Origin: an uncultured Candidatus Entotheonella sp.
GTDB lineage: Bacteria; Tectomicrobia; Entotheonellia; Entotheonellales; Entotheonellaceae
DNA length: 64,000 nt
Reading direction: 5' to 3'
Assembly (NCBI GenBank): GCA_965217185.1
Contig: OZ244252.1
Coordinates: forward strand, 512,001 to 576,000
Positions 1-9,051 of this stretch are shown here, one piece after another. A program made the translations under genes and the position numbers. How positions within the stretch are numbered: the first letter of the stretch is position 1; every line of letters begins with the position of its first letter. Under the pieces are notes generated by a model that was given only the letters and a program-made list of their open reading frames with translations, was not told the DNA's origin and ran no database searches.

Positions 1-176
1 CGTCGGCGTTGAATCTCCTCGGGAAGGTCGAGTCGTGGGGCATCAACACCGGAACCCAGGTCCAGGACATGGCGCTCAGGGTTTCCTCATTGACGGGTGC
101 GCAACTCAATCAACTGCTGCGTGCGCTACCGGACGGGATTGCCTACGAGTTGAGCCTCAACAAGGAGGAGAAATGA
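1..176 (+). CDS. C-terminal fragment of upstream gene, probably a DUF499-type (BrxC-like) ATPase; 5' part outside window
   Basis: Open frame from nt 3 (SALNLLGKVESWGINTGTQ...ELSLNKEEK*) ending TGA 174-176, overlapping the next ATG (ATGA). Identity is inferred from operon context only. Confidence 0.5.
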   Translation, partial: SALNLLGKVESWGINTGTQVQDMALRVSSLTGAQLNQLLRALPDGIAYELSLNKEEK

Positions 177-1180
177 CAACTCTGCCACTCGACCTGTTGC
201 GGAAACTCCAGGCAGATACACCTGATGAGGCGTGGCGGGAGCTGTTCGCATTCGCTTGGGAAACCTGTTGTCGCGAAATCACCAGTACGGGCGTGGCGGG
301 CGAGGTATCACGCCGCGACCGTGCGGTAGCACCGGCAGATCTCTTCTTGGCGACGGCGGGCTGGGACCTCTGGTCGAGCTACTACCACAGTGTTTCCAGG
401 ACCGCTGACCGACTTGCTGCGTGGTGGGGTTCTATTTCGTCTGGTCGTGCGGTGCTGATTCTCGATGGGCTGTCCCTCCGCGAAGCGCCCTGGTTGATCT
501 GCGGTGCGACAGAACGAGGCTACGTAGTTCACTCTGCCGAAGCGACCGGGGCCGAACTCCCAGCGGACACAAACCCCTTTGCGAGAGCGCTGGGCTTTGG
601 CCAGCGTTCGGCTCTCGAAAATAACGGCGCCAGCAACGCTCACCGATTGCCAGGCGCTCGCACCGACAGTGTTGATCTTCCCTGGCGCGAATGTGTCGAT
701 CTGGTCGATGCATCGCCCGATTGGGTGTTGTGGCATCATTGGCCCGACGAACGGATCCATGACCTTAGCTCACCGGGACGCGGGCTTGCCGTGCTCGCCA
801 AGGAAGCAGCAGCCCAGCTAACAGACAACGACTTTTGGGCGCTCATTGAACGACTGACCACCGGCCGACGACTCGTCATCACGGGTGACCACGGCTACGC
901 GGCCACCGGACTGTTTCCCGACGCCTCGGACCACAAGCAGACCCAGCATTTGAAGTCTCGTTTCAGGAGCGGGCGATCCGCGTCAGGAGAACTCTCCCCA
1001 GGTGATTGGGTGCCGCCGATTGACGTTGTTCTGGACACACCTTCCGGTAGTCATGCCTTCGCACTCGGGCGGCGCAAGTGGAAGAGCCAGGGGGGATACC
1101 CAACGCTGGCACACGGCGGGTTGTCGCTGTTGGAAGTGGTGGTTCCCTTCATTGAGTTGTCGAGGCCGTCCGGGGGGTAA
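173..1180 (+). CDS. Stand-alone PglZ-like alkaline-phosphatase-fold protein
   Basis: ATG 173 after AAGGAGG. Motifs VLILDGLS, LVITGDHGY and HGGLSLLEVVVP are typical of the PglZ domain. Confidence 0.8.
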   Translation: MTTLPLDLLRKLQADTPDEAWRELFAFAWETCCREITSTGVAGEVSRRDRAVAPADLFLATAGWDLWSSYYHSVSRTADRLAAWWGSISSGRAVLILDGLSLREAPWLICGATERGYVVHSAEATGAELPADTNPFARALGFGQRSALENNGASNAHRLPGARTDSVDLPWRECVDLVDASPDWVLWHHWPDERIHDLSSPGRGLAVLAKEAAAQLTDNDFWALIERLTTGRRLVITGDHGYAATGLFPDASDHKQTQHLKSRFRSGRSASGELSPGDWVPPIDVVLDTPSGSHAFALGRRKWKSQGGYPTLAHGGLSLLEVVVPFIELSRPSGG

Positions 1181-1181
1181 A

Positions 1182-4100
1182 ATGGCGCCAAGAAACGGAA
1201 ATACGAAAGCCGAATGGCTTGCTGAAGAGGTCGCGGCGACGGTAAACGCCGGAAAAGCGATTTCACTTGAGACCGTCGACTTCTCGGATCCCGAGCGTCC
1301 GAAGACCTGCCTGGAGGTGGATTTCCCGATTCTTCCCGTCAATCAGATAGCCGTTATCGAGGGCAACGCCGGCAAGCCGATCTACCGGATGTCGAAGTGG
1401 TGGGCTCGCCGGCGTTCGAGCGTGTTCCGTTCGATGCTCATCGCTGCTGCGGTGCGAGCGCCGGACGACCCCGCGGAAGCGGCGAAGGTGGTTTGGGATG
1501 CCTACTACGGCAATCACCAGAAGAAAGGCGCGTTTTCGCAACTCAAAGTCGCCGATATTTTCATGGGCGGCGGCACAACCGTCGTCGAAGGCAGCCGGCT
1601 CGGTATGGAGATGTACGGGACCGATCTCAACCCCGTCGCCTGGTTTGTGGTCAAGAATCAACTTTCCGATGTGAAGCGCTCTGAGGTCGAAGCACTGCTC
1701 GCCGACATCGAAACCGAAGTACGCCCGCAGGTCATGCCGTTCTACGCCTGCGATTGCCCGCGCGGGCATAAGGGAACGTGGCATTGCATATCCACTCGCG
1801 AGGTAATGGGCAATGAGTTTGAACCGCTGGCACTCACTCCAGAAGAACGGCGCGATTTTTCCTACCACGGTCCCGAGGTGATCTACGTCTTCTGGGCCAA
1901 ACATGGACCATGTCAGGTCACCGGCTGCGGCCATCGAACACCGATCATGTCCAGCCCCGTAATTGCCGTGAAGACGCTCACAGTCAAGACTTGGTCTCAT
2001 CGGTGCCCAAGCTGCAAGCAAGCGTTCGACGTCGAAGAGCAAGACGCGCGCATGGCGCCTGACGTTCCCCTGATCGTTGCGGAGTCGGAAGTTGCCTACT
2101 CGATTCTCCAATCCGACTGGTCCGTGCAGTGCCCGCATTGCCGCCGCCGCGAGCAATTCTCCCCCGGGAGAAAGCAGAGAGTAAAGAAGATCGATTTGTC
2201 ACTTTTGATCCATCCGCACTGGCTGGACGGTGAAGCCGGTCAATCGGAAAAGGGTGAGCACTATGGTGGATCTGTCTCTGACGGTGCTGAGGCGACGGTC
2301 AGGTGGAACATCGCCCGCGGCCAAAATATACGTTTGCTTGAAGTGCGCGGCGAATTGCCGGACGAAGTGGTTTGTCCGGAGACCGGAAAGTTGCTGAAGA
2401 CTGGCAAGGCCGGCGGCACGGTCCCCAAGAAGTCCAGTTTCGCGTGCGGTGCTTGCGGAACGGTCCAGAATGTTCTGACCGCGATCAAGGCGTCAGGAAA
2501 GTCGGGACCGGTCGCCGGATACGCGATGCAGGGCTATTGTCCTACCTGTGACCAGGAGAAGCGTCCATATCGCGGACGGTTCTTTGCGGCCGTGAGCGAC
2601 ACACGACCGTTCGACACTGCGGCCCGGGAGTGGGAAGCGCGCAAGGAGAACGATCTCGCTCCATTCTGGCCGCGGCAGGAGGTGCCATATGGCTTCATGA
2701 CGAGTATCGCGAACGCTGACATTCGGGAGGACCACGGTTTTACACACTGGTGGACCATGTTCAACCCGCGCCAGTTTCTAGGTCATACGCAATTGTTGCG
2801 TGCAATTGTCGCGCGAGGATCCACAGAACATCACTGGCAGACTCGCGAATACGTTCTAGTACTTGGCCCCTGTTGAATTGACTGGTTGGTATATTCTCTC
2901 CCGTAGCTGTTGGCAACGGACGCGGATCAAGCTGAGGTCGTTGTACCCGTCAATTCAAAGTGGGTAGAGTACTAGGTGCATTTCAGCAATATTTGCGTAA
3001 CCAAAACATGTTCTGCTTCTGGGACATCAGTCGCGATTGTCTCGCTCCTCACCTGAGCAACGCAAACTATCACCCCAAGAGCAACGTCGTCGAAAACTGT
3101 GTCTTCGCCGATCTGGGAAGAGGAAACTGGACTTCGTGTACAGAGCAGATACTCAAAGGACTGGCCTGGACCGACGTGCCATGGGAGGTCGTCTCCAATG
3201 ATCGTCTGCGACAGCTTAGACCAATGTTGGCGGATGATCTCACGGGAAAGAGTGCGAAAGTGTTCCCGTCGGATCCGGTCCGCCTACGTGCGACGCTGGA
3301 GTGCGTTTCCGCGACTGACCTTTCGGATATCAAAGATGGCACGTACGACATGGTTGTCACGGATCCGCCATTCGGTGGTTTGCTTCACTATTCAGAACTT
3401 GCCGACTTCTTCTACGTCTGGTTGCGACTCGCGCTGCGGGATCGCCACCCTGATCTCTTTTCAGCAGAACACACCCCCAAGACATTGGAAGCGGTCGCAA
3501 ACCGCGCCCGCCATCCCGAAGATGCTGATGCCTTCTACCAGCGCATCTTGACCGCCTGTTGGCGCGAGGCGTATCGGATCCTCAAGCCCGGCGGATTGCT
3601 CTCGTTCACGTTTCACCATAGCGAGGACGCACCGTGGGTAGCCGTTCTGGAGAGTCTTTTCGACGCCGGCTTCTATCTTGAGGCCACCTATCCCATTCGG
3701 GGCGATGAGACCAAAGGATCGGGAGAATTCGGCTCCAAGAAGATCGAGTATGACATCATTCACGTGTGTCGAAAACGAAGGGAGGAACCGAAGTCGGTAA
3801 GCTGGGCCAGGATGCGTCGCGAGGTGATTTTCGATGTGCGACGACTTCAGACCCTTCTCGAACTTCATCAACGGGAGGGACTCCCGGAAGCTGACCTGCA
3901 AGTAATCCGCCGGGGCAAGGCGCTCGAGTATTTCAGCCGCCACTACGGCAAGGTGTACGTCGACGAGGGTAAGCCGATTTCCGTCCAGGACGCCCTTGTA
4001 GGGATCAACCAGCTTCTCGACGAGGAACTCGGAGTCGTTATTGATCCGCCGCCCGTAAACGCTGAGCCATTTACTCGGCAGTTTCTTCGTATGTTTGACA

Positions 4101-4537
4101 GCGTCATTTCCGTGCCGCGTGACCAAGTGCAGAAGTATCTGCGCGGAACGGGTAGCTCGCCGGGAGACTTTGAGGATCGCGGCTGGTGTCGCAACGAGAA
4201 AAAGGTTTATCACTTGGTGCCGCCGCTGGAGATCGCTCGGGGATGGATCGGCAAGCATCGTCGCGGGATGAGCAGCGACTACGATCAGGCGGCATTCCTG
4301 ATCGGGGCTTGCTTCGATAACAGCGGCATCAACGCCGCTAATACGTTGAGCAACAGCAACTTCACCCCCCACCCAGCCTTGGGTGCGCTCCTCGACTGGT
4401 TTTCCCGCCGAGGCGCGACCACGGAACTCCGAAACGCAGCGATCAGAGCACATCATATCCTGCGCGATTGGAAGGCCAAGAACCAGCAGAAGGCCCAACA
4501 GCTTGATCTCTTCTTTGGCGAGGGAGTGGCATTGTGA
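1182..4537 (+). pseudogene. DUF1156-type N6-adenine DNA methyltransferase, split by a 112-bp MITE
   Basis: KWWARR (DUF1156) and SAM motif ADIFMGGGTT in the 5' half; catalytic VVTDPPF in the 3' half. Deleting 2860-2975 rejoins ...REYVL-GAFQQYL... into one 1079-aa frame. Confidence 0.88.
2860..2971. mobile_element. 112-bp non-autonomous MITE, IS701-like ends
   Basis: CTAG duplicated at 2856-2859 and 2972-2975. 23-bp imperfect TIRs TACTTGGCCCCTGTTGAATTGAC / TACTCTACCCACTTTGAATTGAC (17/23). No transposase. Confidence 0.88.
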
Positions 4538-5055
4538 ACCTGCAACGGGGTTCCGGGTGGATGCGACGAGGGTTTGCTCTGCTATGGGACGCCGCCGTGT
4601 TGTCCAAGGTGGTGTCACCGTCGGCTGTCGCATCGATACGAGACTTCTTCGCCATGACCCAATCCTGGCCGGAGGAATTGCCGGGTGCTGGTGGCGACGC
4701 CCTCGTGGTTGCGGGTGTGGAAGGGTGTCTGGACGCTCTCGGCAGCGACGATGGCCAAGCTTGGCTAGAGACCGATCTCAAGCCTGCCATTCTGAGTTTT
4801 CAGGATGAATACCAGGGCCAAGCGGCCTTGATTCTGTGGCTTCCCACGGGCCGGAGCCGTATTAACATGATGCCCGCGACCGAGGAGTATTTCTGGAAGG
4901 ACCGCTCATCGCAAAGCGCGCCGGGTCTGCCTATCGGCCGCTGTCTCTGGGCGGGCGCCGAGTCTGACGCCGCGCGAATCATTGTCTCGGATGCACCGAA
5001 TCCGGACGTTGACGGCGATGCCTACGTCGGGCTCCACCACCCACGGATTTCATGA
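4534..5055 (+). CDS. Hypothetical protein (173 aa) of the defence operon
   Basis: GTGA overlap with the MTase stop and ATGA overlap with the helicase start. Confidence 0.75.
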   Translation: MNLQRGSGWMRRGFALLWDAAVLSKVVSPSAVASIRDFFAMTQSWPEELPGAGGDALVVAGVEGCLDALGSDDGQAWLETDLKPAILSFQDEYQGQAALILWLPTGRSRINMMPATEEYFWKDRSSQSAPGLPIGRCLWAGAESDAARIIVSDAPNPDVDGDAYVGLHHPRIS

Positions 5056-7832
5056 TGGAAGACCTGCCGCAGTTTGAACCCGGCCAACGCGTCCGGCATG
5101 CCGAGTTTGGCGAGGGTGTTGCCCTCGGACCGGCTCGTGAAGGATACATTCGGGTATTCTTCACTGACGGCGAGCGCCAAGTCCCCGAGGACGCCATACA
5201 ATCCCTTACCCCTTGGGCCGAACGTATTCTGGAGCATGTCGAGGGGACCGCTGCCCGCCTGAGACGATCGTGGCTGGCGTGTGAGGCTTACTCACTGCCG
5301 CTGATTGAGAGTGCAGCGGCCTTGACGGCAGCGCCGATCGACCTGCTACCCCACCAAGTGGTCCTGACCCATCAAATTGCTACCGCCTCGCCACGGCGCT
5401 ATCTGGTTGCCGACGAGGTTGGACTCGGGAAGACGATCGAGATTGCCCTCGTGCTGCGTGAGTTGGCGAGCCGCGGGGAGTTGAATCGCGCCCTGATGGT
5501 CGTTCCTGCGGGTCTTGTGAACAACTGGCACCGAGAACTCAACGAGATATTCAATCTCGATTTCGAAGTCTTCGGCAGTGAGGGAGACGTCACCGACAGG
5601 AAGTCGAACGCGTTCGCGAAACACGACCGGCTCATCGCCAGTATCGACACCTTGAAGCGGCGAGCGCGGGTGCGCCGGCTACTGGAAGCGCCGCGATGGG
5701 ATCTCGTCGTCTTCGACGAAGCGCATCACCTGACTGCTCACCGCTTGGGTCGCAAGGTACGAAAAACGGAGAATTACAAGCTGGCCGAGGCCCTGAAGGA
5801 TCATGCTCGTGATCTGGTCCTTCTGTCCGCAACCCCGCACCAAGGCGACCACTTTCGCTTCTGGATGCTGATACAACTCCTCAATCCCACACTGTTCTCT
5901 ACGCCTGACGAGATGGTCGCCCACCGCCACCGTCTCAATACCATCGTGTTCCGCAGGACCAAGGCGGATGCCTGCAGACCGGACGGATCCCCGCTCTTCG
6001 CCAGACGCTGGGTTCATACCGAGTCGTTCATCATGGCCGAGGACGAGCGGGCCTTTTACCTCGCTCTACGCGAGTACCTGGAGGAAGGTTTCGCTCTGGC
6101 AAAGCGGCAAGGAAGCCAGGGGCGGGCTCTTGGTTTCGTGATGACCATCTTCCAGAAGATTGCGGCATCGAGTTTCGCGGCCGTGCGCCGGACGCTGCGC
6201 CGCCGATTGATGGTGCTCACGCTGCACGAAGCGATCATCAAGGACCAGAAACTCGACATTGACGCGCGCAACAAGCTCTACGACGAGGCGCGCGATCTCA
6301 TCCACGATGAACACGGCCTCTCGAAAGACGACCCAGTTTCCAAGGGTCAGGTCGATGCAATCCTGGCTGCCCTGAAAGTGCGCCTACTCAAACGCCTGGA
6401 CGAGGACGATCTTGCTATGGCGTCCGACTCCGCTTCCGGTGAGGAAGCCGCTGCAGCGGGTGAAGACGCCGCTGCCATGGCGGTCAGCCTGGCGTTGCCG
6501 GAGGAGCGGCTCCGGATTTGCGACCTGCTCGCTTGTTTTCCCGAGACACGGGAAACGAAGGTCGAGAAACTGCTGCGCGGCCTGGGCGCGCTGTGGGAAC
6601 AGAATTCGAGGGAGAAGGTCGTCATCTTTGCGACCTATCTCGGCACCGTCGATCTGATCGGAAGCGAGATCGAGCGCACGTACCCCGGACAGGGCGTCGT
6701 CGTGCTGCGCGGTGGAGACCACGGCGCAAAGCTGGCGGCCGAGCGGCGATTCAGGAAACCTGACGGGCCGCGCGTGTTGGTCTGCACCGCCGCCGGACGG
6801 GAAGGCATCAACCTGCAATTTGCCCGGGTACTCTTTAACTTCGATCTGCCCTGGAACCCGATGGACGTCGAGCAGCGCATCGGGCGGATCCACCGATACG
6901 GCCAACAACACACGGCGCAGGTCTACAACCTCGTCCTGTCTGACACCATCGAAGGCAGGATTTTCCTTCTGCTCATGGACAAGCTGGAGCAGATTGCGCG
7001 CACCCTCGGCAAGCTCGATGACCAAGGTAACGTCGCGGAAGACCTCCGAATGCAGATCCTTGGACAGCTATCGGAGCGTCTGACCTACGACACACTTTAC
7101 CGAGAAGCACTCTCCGATCCTGAACTGCGTCGCACGAAAGAGGAGCTCGACGCGGCCATGTCGAATGCCACCGAAGCTCGCAAAGTGGTGTTCGAGTTGT
7201 TCCAGGATCTTGATGGCTTCTCTCTCGAAGACTTTAAGCCATTCGCCAACGTAGAAGCTGGGTTTGACCGCATCGTTCGGTTCCTCTGCGCTGCATTGTC
7301 GGAAAACGGACAGCAGGTGAAGTGGCTCAATAAGAATACCTTCGAGATTCTCTCCCGGGAAGGCGACTCAGAGTTGCGTTTCACGACCGCCAGGGAACTC
7401 GCCCGCGAGGAAGAGGGGCTTGAGCTCATGGGACTCGATCATCCATTGATGTCCGAGGCGCTAAAACGCTGGCAGGGACTTGATGCAGAAGCGCTCGGTG
7501 TTGCGGTGAAGGGCAACGGCAGCCCGGCGGTTGTCTCCTGGTGGCTGATTCACACCGAAGGAAAGAACGGGAGGCGCCGATCTTTCCTTCGGTCCCTTGC
7601 GGTCAGTAACGAAGGCAGGCGTGCCCCGATGTTGGAGCGGGAAGGCATCGAGTTGTTGAAACAGCAACCCGGTCCATCCAGCCTGTCTATTGAGCAGCGC
7701 CGTCAACTTTTACACAACACCCTGGAGCCCATGATCCATCGGGAGTTGAAGCATCGTGGCCTTGTCCCTGAGAATGGCGGCTATTCCTCAAAACTGATCG
7801 GCTGGGTTGAGGTGGGAGGAGAAAACTGCTGA
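5052..7832 (+). CDS. SNF2/RapA-like SF2 helicase-ATPase
   Basis: LVADEVGLGKT, DEAHH, SATPHQG, FDLPWNP and QRIGRIHRYGQ motifs. Confidence 0.92.
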   Translation: MMEDLPQFEPGQRVRHAEFGEGVALGPAREGYIRVFFTDGERQVPEDAIQSLTPWAERILEHVEGTAARLRRSWLACEAYSLPLIESAAALTAAPIDLLPHQVVLTHQIATASPRRYLVADEVGLGKTIEIALVLRELASRGELNRALMVVPAGLVNNWHRELNEIFNLDFEVFGSEGDVTDRKSNAFAKHDRLIASIDTLKRRARVRRLLEAPRWDLVVFDEAHHLTAHRLGRKVRKTENYKLAEALKDHARDLVLLSATPHQGDHFRFWMLIQLLNPTLFSTPDEMVAHRHRLNTIVFRRTKADACRPDGSPLFARRWVHTESFIMAEDERAFYLALREYLEEGFALAKRQGSQGRALGFVMTIFQKIAASSFAAVRRTLRRRLMVLTLHEAIIKDQKLDIDARNKLYDEARDLIHDEHGLSKDDPVSKGQVDAILAALKVRLLKRLDEDDLAMASDSASGEEAAAAGEDAAAMAVSLALPEERLRICDLLACFPETRETKVEKLLRGLGALWEQNSREKVVIFATYLGTVDLIGSEIERTYPGQGVVVLRGGDHGAKLAAERRFRKPDGPRVLVCTAAGREGINLQFARVLFNFDLPWNPMDVEQRIGRIHRYGQQHTAQVYNLVLSDTIEGRIFLLLMDKLEQIARTLGKLDDQGNVAEDLRMQILGQLSERLTYDTLYREALSDPELRRTKEELDAAMSNATEARKVVFELFQDLDGFSLEDFKPFANVEAGFDRIVRFLCAALSENGQQVKWLNKNTFEILSREGDSELRFTTARELAREEEGLELMGLDHPLMSEALKRWQGLDAEALGVAVKGNGSPAVVSWWLIHTEGKNGRRRSFLRSLAVSNEGRRAPMLEREGIELLKQQPGPSSLSIEQRRQLLHNTLEPMIHRELKHRGLVPENGGYSSKLIGWVEVGGENC

Positions 7833-8269
7833 TCTGTCCCAGGTAATAAAACTTGGGGTTGTCGTGGATCGGGAGCCTGCTACCGGCCAACGTCGAGTGG
7901 ACGTTGTGACGATTAGGAAGCGATTTGCGTTAACTGTGACTTTCGCAAAGCAGAGTGAAGAGCCTCGCCCGCTGTCGAATGGCCAAGGAGTATGGGAACA
8001 TGAAAGGCAGCGACGTTGTCTGAGCGATTCGTTGCTGCGCTTGACCCACGCGTCACGGTTTGACGTAACGTGAAGCTCTCTGATCGTGACACGGGCCATC
8101 TTCGCCAAGGCGATGTATGGCTCGAGACAAAATATGCAACCTATTTCCAGCGGAGATCCTGATCATCTGCAAGCATTGGGCAGCCAAGCTTGATGAAGGG
8201 AGACATCGACACCTTCCTCGGCGAGCTAAGGCCCTCTGGAGAGTTCGCCTGACAAGCCGATGCAAACAG

Positions 8270-8524
8270 TCAGTAGTGGTAGCGAAGCTGCGCGATGAGT
8301 AGGGCGTCAGCTTCAACCTTATAGACCATCCGATGCTCATCGGTAATACGCCGGGACCAATACCCAGCCATGCCATGTTTCAACGGTTCAGGCTTGCCTA
8401 TGCCTTCAAAGGCCGTCCGTTGGCAGGCCTGGATGAGCCTGTTGATGCGTTGGAGGATTTTCCGGTCCGTGCGTTGCCAATACAAATAGTCGTCCCAGGC
8501 ATGTTGGGAGAAAATCAGCTTCAC
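8270..8524 (-). CDS. yoeB: Txe/YoeB family mRNA interferase toxin
   Basis: AWDDYLYWQ, GIGKPEPLK, WSRRITDEHR and C-terminal RYHY. Confidence 0.95.
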   Translation of the reverse strand: MKLIFSQHAWDDYLYWQRTDRKILQRINRLIQACQRTAFEGIGKPEPLKHGMAGYWSRRITDEHRMVYKVEADALLIAQLRYHY

Positions 8525-8772
8525 TCCAGCAGTTCCCGTTCTGTCCCACCGCCGGCTGCCAACTCGGCGATGGATTCGAGGAGGCGGCGTGCATTTTTCG
8601 GACTGCGGAGCAGGTAGGCGGTTTCCTCAAGCGCCTGATAGTCTTCAAGAGACATCATAACGACCGAGCCCTGATTTCTGCGGGTGATGATGACCGGGTC
8701 ATGATCCTCGCAGACCTTTTCCATGGTTTCCGCCAAGTGGTTCCGGGCATGTGTGTAAGGTATGGCGTTCAT
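8521..8772 (-). CDS. yefM: Phd/YefM family antitoxin
   Basis: YTHARNHL, PVIITR and LEETAYLLRSPKNARRL; 4-bp overlap with yoeB. Confidence 0.95.
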   Translation of the reverse strand: MNAIPYTHARNHLAETMEKVCEDHDPVIITRRNQGSVVMMSLEDYQALEETAYLLRSPKNARRLLESIAELAAGGGTERELLE

Positions 8773-8788
8773 CTGGTGTCCCTCATGT

Positions 8789-8800
8789 TGTACATGTACC
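8789..8800. promoter_or_regulatory. Candidate YefM operator (TGTACA core)
   Basis: TGTACATGTACC lies 17-28 bp upstream of yefM; TGTACA is the known E. coli yefM-yoeB operator core. Confidence 0.5.
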
Positions 8801-9051
8801 GGTAACTGTGGCGTTCATTGCTTTTGACCGGTCCATCGGGCAGAAACATCGAACTCGAACAACTCTTTTTTTGAATTTCGCTTGCGTATTGCACGGCATT
8901 TGACCCCCTCGAATTCTAGGCGTTCGAGCATCGTAGCGTAAAGTTTCTCGGCTGGCAGGAGCACGTTGTAGAACGTGGAATTTCCCACAATGTAATGAAT
9001 CTCGCTGCCATCGTTCAGCACTGCAACCAGCGAATTAAAATGTTTCCAGAT

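Noticed and set aside
3461..4633. 390-aa minus-strand ORF
   Set aside because: Antisense to the methyltransferase C-terminal half.
7833..8269. Gene or gene remnant after the helicase
   Set aside because: Only short overlapping ORFs without motifs or clear RBS; cannot support a call.
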